Positions 50,113-60,496 are shown, numbered from the stretch's first letter. The stretch is DNA of 64,000 nt from an uncultured Gammaproteobacteria bacterium (GCA_964536515.1 CAZHXI010000005.1:2178-66177); one strand, 5' to 3'. Notes: generated by a model not told the origin, from the sequence alone. Translations and numbers: made by a program.

Positions 50113-53100
50113 ATGCCCAATGAGATGGACAAGGCCTACGAGGCCGCGACGTGGGAGCCCCGCCTGTACCGGGCGTGGGAGGAGGCTGGCCTATTCAATC
50201 CCGACGAGCTGCCGGGCAAGCGGAGGGGCACCTGGAGCTGCGTGCTGCCCCCGCCCAACGCCACCGGCATCCTGCACGCCGGCCACGTGGTAATGGTGGC
50301 CTACCAAGACGCCCTGGCTCGATTCGAACGGCTGCGCGGCAAGAGGGTGCTGTGGATGCCGGGAACGGACCACGCCGCCATTGCCACCCAGGCGGCGGTG
50401 GAGAAGAAGATTCTGAAGGCCGAGGGCAAGACCAGGCACGACCTGGGCCGCGAGGCTTTCCTGCAGCGGGTGCACGAGTTCGTAGCTAGCTCGCAGGGCA
50501 CCATCCGCCAGCAGCTACGCGCCACCGGCGCCAGCCTAGACTGGTCGCGCGAAGCGTTCACTCTGGACGAGCCACGGGCGGCAGCCGTACGCGCCGCCTT
50601 CAAGAAGCTGTACGACGACGAGCTCATCTACCGCGGACTGCGGGTGGTGAACTGGTGCACGCGGTGCGGCTCTACGTTAGCGGACGACGAGGTAGAGCAC
50701 GGCGACGGAACCACGGGCACGCTGTACGTAATCCAGTACGGCCCGGTGCAGGTGGCGACGACGCGACCCGAGACCAAGCTGGGCGACACCGGCCTAGCCG
50801 TGCACCCGAGCGACGACCGCTACACAAAGCTCGTCGGCCAGACGTTGGAAGTTTCGCTGGCCGGCCACCAGGTTAAGGTGCAGGTGTTCGCAGACCGCGA
50901 GGTAGACCCGGCGTTCGGCACGGGCGTGGTGGGCGTTACCCCGGCGCACAGCGCCACGGACGAGCGCATGGCCCAGCGCCACGGCCTGCCCAGCATCCAG
51001 GTGATCGGCGAGGACGGCAAAATGACGGCAGCCGCCGGCAAGTACGCGGGCCTGCCGGTAGCCGAGGCGCGTGCTGCCTTCGTAGCCGACCTTAAAGCCA
51101 GCGGCCAGCTGCTGGAGGAACGCGAGCACCCCATGAGCGTGGGCGTATGCTACCGCTGCGGCACCGCCGTGGAACCCCTACCCAAGGAGCAGTGGTTCGT
51201 GGCGGTAGACAGGAAGCCGAAGAGCGGTGGGCTGACATTCAAGCAGCGCCTGGCCAAGGCCGTGGACGGCAAGCACATTGCCTTCACCCCGCAGCGCTTC
51301 GAGCAGACGTACCGCCAGTGGGCCGAGAACCTGCACGACTGGTGCATCAGCCGGCAGATTTGGTACGGCCACCGCGTGCCAGCCTTCCACTACTCCGACG
51401 GGGCCGTAGCCGTGCCCAAGGAAGCCCCGGTAGAGGTGCTGTGGACGCGCCACGGCTCCACCGAGATGACCGAGCAGACAATTATCCAGGGCTCCGGGAA
51501 AGCAACGGATACCCCCCTCTCGGATGAAGGTCGCCGCGAAGCCGATCACCTCGCTGCATCACTGAAGGATTCTGGCGTACAGGTGATCCTGTGTTCGCCG
51601 CTGAAGCGTGCGCAGGAAACGGCTGCCGCTGTCGCCGCAGCGCTCGGCCTGAAGGTTACCACCGAGCCGCTGCTTACCGAGCGTAACTACGGCGCCGCAG
51701 AGGGTAAGGCTATGTCGGAGGTTGAGCGAGACTTCCCGGCCTACGCCGAGCACCGCCGTACCGCAGTAATCACCGGAGCCGAGACAGCTGAGGCCCTAGA
51801 GAAACGGGCCCTCAAGCTCTTCGCCAAGCTTCACGCTGACTACGCCGGCAAGAAGGTTCTGTGCGTTACCCACAACGGCTTGCTGCGCGCTGCACTGCAC
51901 CACCTTACGGGCAAAGAGATGGAGACTACAGCTGAGCGCATTCCCCCAGCAGACGTCTGCATCGGCTGCCGCACTACCCTCGCCGGACCCAGCCCCAAGA
52001 CAGGCACCTGGAGCTGCCGACAGGACCCCGACACGCTGGATACCTGGTTCTCTTCCAGCCTGTGGACCTTCTCCACCCTGGGCTGGCCCAGCAAGACCGC
52101 AGACCTAAAGACGTACCACCCCACCGACATCCTGGAGACGGGCTACGAGATCATTTCGACGTGGGTGAGCCGCATGGTAATGCTGTCGCACTACCTGCTG
52201 GACCAGTGGCCGTTCCAGCGCGTGTACCTGCACGGCATCGTCCGCGATGCCCAGGGCCGCAAGATGAGCAAGTCTCTGGGCAACGGCATAGACCCGCTTG
52301 AGATTATTCCCAAGTACGGCGCCGATGCGCTGCGCCTGGCCCTTACCGCCAACGCCACCCCGGGCGTGGACATGAAGCTTTCAGAGGAAAAAATTGCGGG
52401 CTTTAGGAACTTCGCCAACAAGCTGTGGAACATCGGCCGGTTCGTAATGCACGCCGCACCAGGTACCAAGCCGACGTGGAAGGCGCCCAAGGCCAAGACT
52501 CCCGCCGAGGAGTGGATCCTGGCCAAGCTGCACTCGGCCATTGCGGACGTAACGGCAGACCTAGAGAACCTACGGTTCAGCCACGCGGTGGAGACATTGC
52601 AGCGCTTTACCTGGGATGAGCTGGCAGACTGGTACCTGGAGGTGGCCAAGCTGCAGCCCAACCCCGATCTGCTGGCCTACCTGCTCACCCAGACCCTGGT
52701 GGCCTGGCACCCGTTCTGCCCGTTCGTTACCGAGGCGGTGTGGGAGCACTTCGCGCAGCCGCAGAAGCCAGAGGACCTGCTGATCGTACAGAGGTGGCCG
52801 GAGGTAGGATTCAGGATTAAGGATTCAGATGGATTGATATTCGACAATGTTGTTCGGATTATTACCGAACTGCGCTCCCAACGATCTGCTGCAAATATCG
52901 TTCCCACTGAGCATATATTTGTAACTATAGTCGGTAATGATCGCGGGCTTGATGCGTTGCGTCTAAATCTCGAAATTATAAATAGACTAGCTCGTGCGGA
53001 AACAAGATTAGAGAAAGATCCTATGCCCGATCAACCAACGGCTGAACTTCTAGGGTACAAAATATACTGCAAGCTCCCGCCGAAGGATCCGACACGGGTC

Positions 53101-53253
53101 ACGAAAGAAAAGGATGAATTAGAAAAGTATATCGCTAGCCTGCAGGCCAAGCTGGCTGACGAGGGCTTCACCGGCCGTGCCCCGGCAGCGGTGGTTGAAG
53201 AGCAGCGCCGCAAGCTAGCCGAGGCCCAAGCAAAGCTGCAGCAGCTGGGATAA
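50113..53253 (+). CDS. valS: valyl-tRNA synthetase with inserted histidine-phosphatase domain
   Basis: PPPNATG.LHAGH, GTDHAAIATQ, DWCISRQIW, LDTWFSS, KMSKS; RHG domain at ~51430-51990. Confidence 0.95.
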   Translation: MPNEMDKAYEAATWEPRLYRAWEEAGLFNPDELPGKRRGTWSCVLPPPNATGILHAGHVVMVAYQDALARFERLRGKRVLWMPGTDHAAIATQAAVEKKILKAEGKTRHDLGREAFLQRVHEFVASSQGTIRQQLRATGASLDWSREAFTLDEPRAAAVRAAFKKLYDDELIYRGLRVVNWCTRCGSTLADDEVEHGDGTTGTLYVIQYGPVQVATTRPETKLGDTGLAVHPSDDRYTKLVGQTLEVSLAGHQVKVQVFADREVDPAFGTGVVGVTPAHSATDERMAQRHGLPSIQVIGEDGKMTAAAGKYAGLPVAEARAAFVADLKASGQLLEEREHPMSVGVCYRCGTAVEPLPKEQWFVAVDRKPKSGGLTFKQRLAKAVDGKHIAFTPQRFEQTYRQWAENLHDWCISRQIWYGHRVPAFHYSDGAVAVPKEAPVEVLWTRHGSTEMTEQTIIQGSGKATDTPLSDEGRREADHLAASLKDSGVQVILCSPLKRAQETAAAVAAALGLKVTTEPLLTERNYGAAEGKAMSEVERDFPAYAEHRRTAVITGAETAEALEKRALKLFAKLHADYAGKKVLCVTHNGLLRAALHHLTGKEMETTAERIPPADVCIGCRTTLAGPSPKTGTWSCRQDPDTLDTWFSSSLWTFSTLGWPSKTADLKTYHPTDILETGYEIISTWVSRMVMLSHYLLDQWPFQRVYLHGIVRDAQGRKMSKSLGNGIDPLEIIPKYGADALRLALTANATPGVDMKLSEEKIAGFRNFANKLWNIGRFVMHAAPGTKPTWKAPKAKTPAEEWILAKLHSAIADVTADLENLRFSHAVETLQRFTWDELADWYLEVAKLQPNPDLLAYLLTQTLVAWHPFCPFVTEAVWEHFAQPQKPEDLLIVQRWPEVGFRIKDSDGLIFDNVVRIITELRSQRSAANIVPTEHIFVTIVGNDRGLDALRLNLEIINRLARAETRLEKDPMPDQPTAELLGYKIYCKLPPKDPTRVTKEKDELEKYIASLQAKLADEGFTGRAPAAVVEEQRRKLAEAQAKLQQLG

Positions 53254-53272
53254 TTACCTATCGACATTGAAT

Positions 53273-53297
53273 AGAGCCGCCCGTTAGGGCGGCTCTC
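53273..53297. terminator. hairpin terminator
   Basis: agagccgccc-gtta-gggcggctct between convergent genes. Confidence 0.65.
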
Positions 53298-53351
53298 GAT
53301 TTCCTTGCTTTGCTCAGCGGTAATCAACAAAAACGCCATGATCCATGAGTC

Positions 53352-53879
53352 TTATTCCGTGGAGATTTCCCCATTCTCGCCCTCAACCCATTCAATACGA
53401 TGGAGGACAAATCCTGCCGCGGGGTGATTAGGTAGCCCCTCCAACGCCTCACGTAGTCCATCGGTGACTCTCACCCTTAGATGAACCTGGGGTGAGTATG
53501 CAGCCGGCGAGGTACTGGGAATCCCAAACGACAGCAAGTTCACGCTTTCGACTGGTCGCATAATATGGCTGTCCAGTAATAGTGGCAGAGGAAACTCCTG
53601 CACCATACTCCCCGGCCTCTCCCCCTCTCTCCAATTAGGGCTAGGCAGCAGGGTAGATCGCCCGAGAATAAAAGCTAACTTGACCGAGTTTAGTGCTCGA
53701 GTATCCACGAGACCCTGGAGGGTCAGGTCTGAGAACGATGGCGGCACAATTCGGCGCCAATGTTCTGCATTCATAATTACGGATCCTGACGGGTGGCCAG
53801 AGAGCTTCAGCTGAATTGTGCCCCCGCAGTACACCTCTATTGCTGCTACCTGCTGCTCGATTCTTATCTCAGAAGACAT
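53352..53879 (-). CDS. hypothetical protein (lower GC)
   Basis: GAGG SD before ATG 53879, TTGACG-17-TAAGTG promoter. Confidence 0.55.
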   Translation of the reverse strand: MSSEIRIEQQVAAIEVYCGGTIQLKLSGHPSGSVIMNAEHWRRIVPPSFSDLTLQGLVDTRALNSVKLAFILGRSTLLPSPNWREGERPGSMVQEFPLPLLLDSHIMRPVESVNLLSFGIPSTSPAAYSPQVHLRVRVTDGLREALEGLPNHPAAGFVLHRIEWVEGENGEISTE

Positions 53880-54024
53880 TGGAAAACCTCTTATGTTATG
53901 TAACGTTCGAATGGACACATACTTAGCCCGTCTAGACCCCCACGTCAAGGATAAACGACCCGTAATCGAACCGGCCTATTAGAAAGGGCCGCCCTTTGGG
54001 CGGCCCGCTGCTTTGTTCACACTG

Positions 54025-54849
54025 TTAAACGACGTACGTCTTAATGATCTCGTTCCACCTTTCCACCTTTGCCGCAGCGTGGGTCGCAAGTTCCACGCCT
54101 TCCGGCGGAAACATAATCGGCCTGCCCCCGACGATTAGGAACCGTCCGGTGCTCACCCTGGACTCGAGTGCGTGGAACAGCGCCGAGCCATTCGCCTTCT
54201 GCGCTCCGTACCCTGGAATAAGCAGGGGCATCTTCCCGTTCGCCAAGGCGGCGTACTCCACCGCGGGGGCAAAGTCGGCCGTTACGACCACGCCGCAGGT
54301 ACACCCAACATTGAACAGGTTCGCGGCATTGTCTACCACCTGCTGCCAAACCTTCTTGCCCTTCAGCAGCTGCGCCGTGTGAACCTCACCAATGTCATTG
54401 GGTTTGCCCATGAGGGCGCACAGGAAGACGAATCCTGAATCCAAGAGAACGCGGTAGCCGTTAACCTCTCCGTAGGGAACGGCGGTAGCCGCATCGCAGC
54501 CGAGGGCTTTGAATGTGGCACGAGCCTGCGCCTCGGCGGTGTGGCCGACGTCTGCCCACTTGGCATCCAGAATCAGTGGCACTTCGGGGTACCTGTCCCG
54601 AATGTACGCAATGACCTTGTCCATAGCCATTAACCCGGATATTCCGAACCGCCAAAAGAAACTAGGGTTAACCTTGAATGCTCCGACGATCGGGGCAACG
54701 GCGTCTACCACCTTGCAGCAGTAGTAGAAGAGCTGCGGCTCGACACCCAGCTTAGTCCTTGGGTCTAGCGCCCTATCGTCAACGTCTAGGCTTACGCACA
54801 CCGCGAACCCCCGTCTCCAGCGGGCATCTAATTTCTCTAGAAACGTCAC
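54025..54849 (-). CDS. pyrF: orotidine-5'-phosphate decarboxylase (divergent)
   Basis: CVSLD, FKVN..FF, ILDAKWADVGHT (DxKxxD), LLIPGYGAQ, GR.I. Confidence 0.82.
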   Translation of the reverse strand: MTFLEKLDARWRRGFAVCVSLDVDDRALDPRTKLGVEPQLFYYCCKVVDAVAPIVGAFKVNPSFFWRFGISGLMAMDKVIAYIRDRYPEVPLILDAKWADVGHTAEAQARATFKALGCDAATAVPYGEVNGYRVLLDSGFVFLCALMGKPNDIGEVHTAQLLKGKKVWQQVVDNAANLFNVGCTCGVVVTADFAPAVEYAALANGKMPLLIPGYGAQKANGSALFHALESRVSTGRFLIVGGRPIMFPPEGVELATHAAAKVERWNEIIKTYVV

Positions 54850-54983
54850 TTGAATACCTCGCTACTTGTTAAGGAATGTTTATGATTCAATCGGCCTACC
54901 CTATCCCCGCGCAGCGTGGGAGTCAAGGCTAGAAAACAGGCCCCACGTTTCCGTGGGGCCTAACTATCGGTTGTCGCTACGTA

Positions 54984-56300
54984 CTACGCAGCGAGGTTGC
55001 AGAGTGCGTGGAACTGCTCGGTCGAGAATGCCTCGACCATCACTGCATCATCAATGAATGCGCGACGGGCTTCCTCCAAGCTCTTCGGCAAGCTGGGCAA
55101 TCCACCACGCTCGTAGGCATTCCAGGTAACCAGTTTCGGCATCTTCAACTTCCGTTTGACACCATCGAGGCCAGCTTCCACCATGGCAGTGAACAACGCG
55201 TAGGCGTGTGTCCCCTCGGGGGAGGGCGCTCGGAACTCAATATGGTATGAACCCCAATCGCTGCCCGTCAGCCTCAGTGGAACCGTGCGGTTTGCCCAGC
55301 CGACGCCGTTGCCCACCGGGGCTTCGAACCCGACCACGCGAATCCGCCGGTAGCACTCGTCGAAGAGGTTACCCAAGAACGTCAGGGCAGGCGCGTGCTC
55401 GTACATGCCGGCTACAAAGCAAGCTCCCCACTTAGTCAGCGAGCTATCTTGGTTGAAGATGGCGTTACCGCCACCATCCACCAACGAAGCGCTGATGTGG
55501 GTGTGCTCTCCGGAGCCATTCCATCCGTTCACCGGCTTAGCTGAAAAATCGACCACGTAGCCAAGCAGGTCTGCAATTCTGGGTAAGCCCGTCCGCAGAA
55601 CCATGAAGTCTTCGGCCGCTCGCACCGGATTGGATGCAATGGTATTCAGCTCCCACTGGCGGTAGCTTACCTCGGTATGCCCCACGGTCAGGGCTAGGCC
55701 ATCCAGCGCCAGGTACTGCTTAATCTGCTGGAAAACATCGAAGTCCGGAGCACGGTGAGGCAGCTGCTGGTAGTTACCCTTCGGCCCCATTCCGGGAACA
55801 TAGGGATCCTCCAGGTTCGTCCCCTTGGCATAGAGGAAGAACTCGGTCTCGTAGCCGCCGAGGAACCTTACCCCGTGCTCCTCCTCCGCATTCGCCAGTG
55901 AAGCCTGGAGGCGTGTACGGAAGCAACCGGGATTATCACGGTACTTGCCGCTCGCGCGGTGGGGGTTACGGGCGTTGCCGAATCCAATTGCTACACCTGG
56001 GTACCCAGGCAGTCGCCGAACAGAGGTTGGGTCCACGAAGATGCGCACGTCCGAGTCGTTAATTTTGCTGTACGGGGGAATGCTACTGCCGTCGGTGCTC
56101 TGGCCGTGGTTGCAAATATTGAGTAGCTCATTCACCGAAACGAATGGTCCACGTGGTTCGCCCGAAGCGTCCACAATCACGGGAATCAACGTGTGCACCC
56201 CCCTGGCTGTCAGCCATTCGCGGAGCTGCTTGGGATCATGGGGCGGCTGCTCGGGCACCGAGAATGGTCGCGGCAAGTAAGCCGCATCTGGCTTAGTCAT
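54984..56300 (-). CDS. glnA: glutamine synthetase family protein (type I, divergent)
   Basis: DGSSI, GYETEFFL, HTEV...QWEL, KP..GWNGSGEHTH, NRT..LR, IEFRAP. Confidence 0.82.
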   Translation of the reverse strand: MTKPDAAYLPRPFSVPEQPPHDPKQLREWLTARGVHTLIPVIVDASGEPRGPFVSVNELLNICNHGQSTDGSSIPPYSKINDSDVRIFVDPTSVRRLPGYPGVAIGFGNARNPHRASGKYRDNPGCFRTRLQASLANAEEEHGVRFLGGYETEFFLYAKGTNLEDPYVPGMGPKGNYQQLPHRAPDFDVFQQIKQYLALDGLALTVGHTEVSYRQWELNTIASNPVRAAEDFMVLRTGLPRIADLLGYVVDFSAKPVNGWNGSGEHTHISASLVDGGGNAIFNQDSSLTKWGACFVAGMYEHAPALTFLGNLFDECYRRIRVVGFEAPVGNGVGWANRTVPLRLTGSDWGSYHIEFRAPSPEGTHAYALFTAMVEAGLDGVKRKLKMPKLVTWNAYERGGLPSLPKSLEEARRAFIDDAVMVEAFSTEQFHALCNLAA

Positions 56301-56463
56301 CTAGTACTCCTATGGTTTGCTGTTGGTGACGTATCTTATCTGAATCGTTTTGGTAACGGCTAAAAACGCACTCTATCAAAGTGCTATGGGCACAGGTTAC
56401 CGGCCGAACAAGGGTACGTCAAACACGGCCACGGGGTGACCTGGGCGTAGAAATGATATTGGA

Positions 56464-56586
56464 AGCCCTTCGGCTCCCTCCGGTCGCTCAGGACATTCGA
56501 CTCGCCTCGAGAAAAGCGTGGTCGAAGCCCCACCGGGGGCGTAGACCATGAGCGAGACCTGAGCGAAGCTCAGGGCGAGTCGAATG
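56464..56586. repeat. palindromic element abutting the tRNA-Lys 3' end
   Basis: cattcgactcgcc (~56493) pairs with ggcgagtcgaatg (~56574); inner cctgagc-gaa-gctcagg hairpin. Confidence 0.6.
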
Positions 56587-56660
56587 GTGGGCGCAGAAGG
56601 AATCGAACCTTCAACCTTGGGCTTAAGAGGCCCCTGCTCTGCCAATTGAGCTATGCGCCC
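56585..56660 (-). tRNA. tRNA-Lys(CTT)
   Basis: gggcgcatagctcaattggcagagcaggggcctCTTaagcccaaggttgaaggttcgattccttctgcgcccaCCA. Confidence 0.95.
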
Positions 56661-56706
56661 GTAGGAATCTGCAAGACAGACATCATTACCGAACTTCGCC
56701 GAACAA

Positions 56707-57618
56707 TCAAGGCCGGAGGGTGCCTACGGTCTGGGCGAGGCCGTCGGCGAGGGCCACGCTGGCGCGCCAGCCCAGCAGCTGCTGCGCCCGGGTAACGTCC
56801 GCCAGGCTGTGGCGAACCTCGGGTACCGCCGGCCCGTGGCTTGGCTCAATCGTTACACCCATTACCTTGGCTAGGGTGGCCAGCAGCTGGTTAACGCTCA
56901 CGCTGCTACCCGTACCGATATTAACCGGACCATCTAGATCTACGGTTGCAGCACGGATGTAGGCTTGCACCACGTCGGCGACGAACACGAAGTCACGGGT
57001 CTGCTCGCCGTCGCCGTAGATGGTTACGGGCTGCCCCGCCGCCAGCCTGCCGGCGAACTTGCTAATTACCCCGGCGTACTCGCTGTCTGGCCGCTGTCGC
57101 GAGCCGTACACATTGAAGCAACGCAGCGCCAAGCCAACCACCCCACGCTGCCGGTACTCGGCGATAGCCCGCTCCCCCGCCAGCTTGTGCTCGGCGTAGG
57201 GCGATAGCGGCTGCGGCTCCATGCTCTCCACGTGCGGCGCCGGCTGGCTGCCGTACACCGCGGCGCTAGAGGCGAGAATGAACCTGCTACCATGCTTCCG
57301 ACAGGCCTCCAGCACGTTCATGGTTCCGTCCACGTTCACGCGACGGGTACCCTCGGGGTCGGCAATGGACTGCTGCACCGAGGGGATGGCTGCCAAATGA
57401 AACGTAGCCTGCACCGGCTCGACGTACAGGTCATCCAGCGGCTCGGTTACGCTGCGGCGGATGACCGTTAGGTTGCGGTTGCCGCCGTGCTGGGCCAGGT
57501 TCTGCTCCAGGCCGGTAGAGAAGTCGTCCACCACCGTAACCACGTGGCCGTCTGCCAGCAGTCGGTCCACCAGGTGGCTGCCGATGAACCCAGCTCCGCC
57601 GGTAACGATGTAGTTCAT
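56707..57618 (-). CDS. NAD-dependent nucleotide-sugar epimerase/dehydratase
   Basis: TGGAGFIGSH, HLAA, SSAAVYG, YAEHK, FNVYG, GDGEQTRDF. Confidence 0.92.
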   Translation of the reverse strand: MNYIVTGGAGFIGSHLVDRLLADGHVVTVVDDFSTGLEQNLAQHGGNRNLTVIRRSVTEPLDDLYVEPVQATFHLAAIPSVQQSIADPEGTRRVNVDGTMNVLEACRKHGSRFILASSAAVYGSQPAPHVESMEPQPLSPYAEHKLAGERAIAEYRQRGVVGLALRCFNVYGSRQRPDSEYAGVISKFAGRLAAGQPVTIYGDGEQTRDFVFVADVVQAYIRAATVDLDGPVNIGTGSSVSVNQLLATLAKVMGVTIEPSHGPAVPEVRHSLADVTRAQQLLGWRASVALADGLAQTVGTLRP

Positions 57619-57698
57619 ACACCACAACCTAACCTAGGGGTGGTAGCCTGTCGAGTAGTTCAATGGGCCCGACGATCGGCGGGCCCACTTTCATTTCC

Positions 57699-58223
57699 TT
57701 AGGCTGGCACACCAGCTCCACGCTCCACCTGTTCAAGGTAACGTGCCGCTCGTTCGGTAAGAACGGATAGCGAGGTAACCCTAACTCCCGTCATTCTGAA
57801 CGGAGCGTCGTTCTGCAGCAGCCATGGCAATGCGCCACAGAATTTACCTGGCAAAGATTTCAGGGGGACCTCTAGCCTTCCGCTGCAGCCGCAACGAGAC
57901 CCGATCTCTGGCGCCAGCACCACGCACGTTTCTGGAGGCTCGGTAACATCTACCACCTCGAACCTCACCTGGTCCACGTTCCGCTTGTACCTACGCCTGC
58001 CCTCTCGGCTGGTTCCGCCCTCCAGATCGATCGCCACGGAGTACCATAGGTTCTCCGAGGGCTCGCCCAGGGGAAGGATGCCCATCCTCTGGCAAATACT
58101 GGGCGAGAGCTGGAGCCAGCTCTTTTTACCCTCGAACCTAACCGTGCCGTTTCGCGTCGAACAATCGACGCTGGGACAAAATACCAATGGAACCATCTGC
58201 AGGCTCCTGAATAGCTTCTTCAC
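57699..58223 (-). CDS. hypothetical protein
   Basis: AGGAGGT SD before GTG 58223; TTGACG promoter; hairpin at ~57664-57688. Confidence 0.55.
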   Translation of the reverse strand: MKKLFRSLQMVPLVFCPSVDCSTRNGTVRFEGKKSWLQLSPSICQRMGILPLGEPSENLWYSVAIDLEGGTSREGRRRYKRNVDQVRFEVVDVTEPPETCVVLAPEIGSRCGCSGRLEVPLKSLPGKFCGALPWLLQNDAPFRMTGVRVTSLSVLTERAARYLEQVERGAGVPA

Positions 58224-58341
58224 CGTGGCACCTCCTGTGCTAGGTATTGAATTAATGAGCTTCACTGGTATTATTCGCTCCCGGTATGGTACGTCAAGGT
58301 AGCCTCGTCAGCTCGGACGAGTACCCGAGACCCGCTCCCAC

Positions 58342-59037
58342 CTACGCTGCGTGGCTGCCCACGCGGATAATGAACGTCGGCTCGGGCTTGGGGTGCTGCA
58401 GGTTGGCCACGATGCGCGCCGCCACGTCTGCCGGCTCCAGGTACGAATCGTAGTCTGCCGGACGCTCGGAGCCGAATAGGTCTGTCTTCATCCTATCGGT
58501 GTACACGCCCACTACCGCCACCCCGCTGGGGGCCAGCTCCAGGCGTAGCGACTCGGTTAGCCCGCGCACTGCGAACTTGCTGCTGCTGTAGCCAGACTCG
58601 TCCGGCTTGCCCTCCAGCGCAGCGGCCGAGACGACGTTCACAATTGCGCCGCTGCCCTGGGCCCGCATGGCAGACGCCGCGGCGCGGCAGCCGAAGAACG
58701 AGCCTAGGAAGTTCACCTCCACCATCCTTCGTACCAACGCCACGTCCTGCTTCTCTATTGGCGCGTGCGGCGCCCACAGCCCGGCGTTGTTGACCCATAC
58801 GTCCAGGCGGCCCAGCTGCTGCGTAGCAGCCTGCCCCAGAGCTTCCACCTGGGCTTGGTCGGTTACATCAGCCGCAATAGCCGTGCAGCCCAGCTCCGCC
58901 GCCGCTGCCTCTAGCTCTGCTCCCGGCAGGCCGCTGATGGCGACCTTGGCTCCAGCGGCCAGGAATGCCCTAGCTAGCTCTTTGCCTAGGCCCCGGCTGG
59001 CTCCGGTAATGACGACTCCTGCATTCTGTAGATTCAT
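58342..59037 (-). CDS. short-chain dehydrogenase/reductase
   Basis: TGASRGLG, NNAG, YSSSK. Confidence 0.92.
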   Translation of the reverse strand: MNLQNAGVVITGASRGLGKELARAFLAAGAKVAISGLPGAELEAAAAELGCTAIAADVTDQAQVEALGQAATQQLGRLDVWVNNAGLWAPHAPIEKQDVALVRRMVEVNFLGSFFGCRAAASAMRAQGSGAIVNVVSAAALEGKPDESGYSSSKFAVRGLTESLRLELAPSGVAVVGVYTDRMKTDLFGSERPADYDSYLEPADVAARIVANLQHPKPEPTFIIRVGSHAA

Positions 59038-59046
59038 AGTTTTGAG

Positions 59047-59121
59047 TGGTGCCCCCGGAGGGAATCGAACCCCCATCACTGGTTCCGAAGACCAGCACTT
59101 TATCCGTTAAGCTACGGGGGC
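59047..59121 (-). tRNA. tRNA-Arg(TCG)
   Basis: gcccccgtagcttaacggataaagtgctggtctTCGgaaccagtgatgggggttcgattccctccgggggcaCCA. Confidence 0.93.
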
Positions 59122-59180
59122 AAGGTGCGGAGTTTACCCCGAGCGAGCTTCGCGAGCCGAGGGGGGTGCCCGCAGCTGTT

Positions 59181-60206
59181 CTACAGCATTACGTGCGCCC
59201 GGGCAACCTCCTCGGTAATCTGGCCCTCCCCCAGCAGACGCTTAACGTCCTGCTCCAGGGTGAACATGCCGTCCTCGGCGCTCGTCTGAATGGTGGTCTT
59301 AATCTGCGGAATTTTGTTCTCGCGAATGAGGTTGGAGATGGCCGGGGTATTTATGAGCACCTCACGGGCGGCAATGCGGCCCCCTCCGGCCTTGGGTACC
59401 AGCCGCTGCGAGATGATGGCGTTCAGGCTCATGGAGAGCTGCAGCCGAACCTGGGGCTGCTGGTACGGCGGGAAAACGTCCACGATGCGGTCTATGGTCT
59501 GGCTGGCGTTGTGGGTGTGCAGCGTGGCCAGCACCAGGTGGCCGGTCTCGGCCAGCGTGATGGTGGTGGCGATTGTCTCTAGGTCGCGCATCTCGCCGAC
59601 CATGATGACGTTCGGGTCCTGGCGCAAGACGTGCTTGAGGCCAGCCGGGAAGCTGGTGATGTCCGTGCCCAGCTGCCGCTGGCGGATAATTGACTGCTTG
59701 GGCTCGAAGATGAACTCAACCGGGTCCTCCAACGTTACAATGTTGGCCGCCCGCTCGTTGTTGATGGTCTCGATCATGCTGGCCAAGCTGGTGCTCTTGC
59801 CGCAGCCGGTGGGGCCGGTAACCAGAACCAAGCCCTGATCTACCCGCAGCAGGTCTGCCACCAGCGGCGGCATGGTCAGCTCCTCCAGCGTGGGGATGTG
59901 CGGCGGAATGACGCGCGCCACCAGGCCGACGTGGCCACGCTCCCAGTGCAGGTTCACACGGAACCGTGCGCCGTCGCGTAGCTCGTAGGAGATATCCAGG
60001 TCACGGTCCGCCTCGAATGCCTGCTGCTGGGTGCCGGTGAGCAGGCTGTACACCAGGTCGTGCGTCTGCGGCGCGCCCAGGGGCTCGGCGTGGTCCAGGG
60101 GCAGCAGCTCGCCATCCACGCGCACCATGGGCGGCCGGCCCACGCACAGGTGAATATCCGAAGCCTTGGCGGCAATGGCAGCTGTGAAGATTTCGTCTAA
60201 CGTCAT
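59181..60206 (-). CDS. pilT: type IV pilus retraction ATPase
   Basis: ASDIHL, GPTGCGKST, EDPVE, LRQDPN.IMVGEMRD, AETGHLV.ATLHT, NLIRE. Confidence 0.94.
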   Translation of the reverse strand: MTLDEIFTAAIAAKASDIHLCVGRPPMVRVDGELLPLDHAEPLGAPQTHDLVYSLLTGTQQQAFEADRDLDISYELRDGARFRVNLHWERGHVGLVARVIPPHIPTLEELTMPPLVADLLRVDQGLVLVTGPTGCGKSTSLASMIETINNERAANIVTLEDPVEFIFEPKQSIIRQRQLGTDITSFPAGLKHVLRQDPNVIMVGEMRDLETIATTITLAETGHLVLATLHTHNASQTIDRIVDVFPPYQQPQVRLQLSMSLNAIISQRLVPKAGGGRIAAREVLINTPAISNLIRENKIPQIKTTIQTSAEDGMFTLEQDVKRLLGEGQITEEVARAHVML

Positions 60207-60270
60207 AGCTACAGGATACAGCATGCCGAGCGTGTGAAACAGAAGGGGGCGCACGTTGTGCGCCCCGTTA

Positions 60271-60456
60271 CTAGATCGTAATTCTTCGCCCCATCATTCG
60301 ATCTAGAAATGCAAGGTGAGCTGCTCGCTCGGCGAGCCGCTCAGCATGGCGCTGCCTAATTATCTTATCTACATCCTTTAGGGCCTTCTTACCCTCTGGG
60401 CTCTTTACCCATGCCCGAACTTTCGCCATAAGACGCGCCTTCCTCTTACCTGCCAT
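60271..60456 (-). CDS. small basic hypothetical protein
   Basis: AGGAGGT SD, 61 aa K/R-rich, terminator hairpin at ~60246-60266. Confidence 0.6.
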   Translation of the reverse strand: MAGKRKARLMAKVRAWVKSPEGKKALKDVDKIIRQRHAERLAERAAHLAFLDRMMGRRITI

Positions 60457-60496
60457 GGCATACCTCCTATACTAATGTGCACGGAATAGGTAAACA

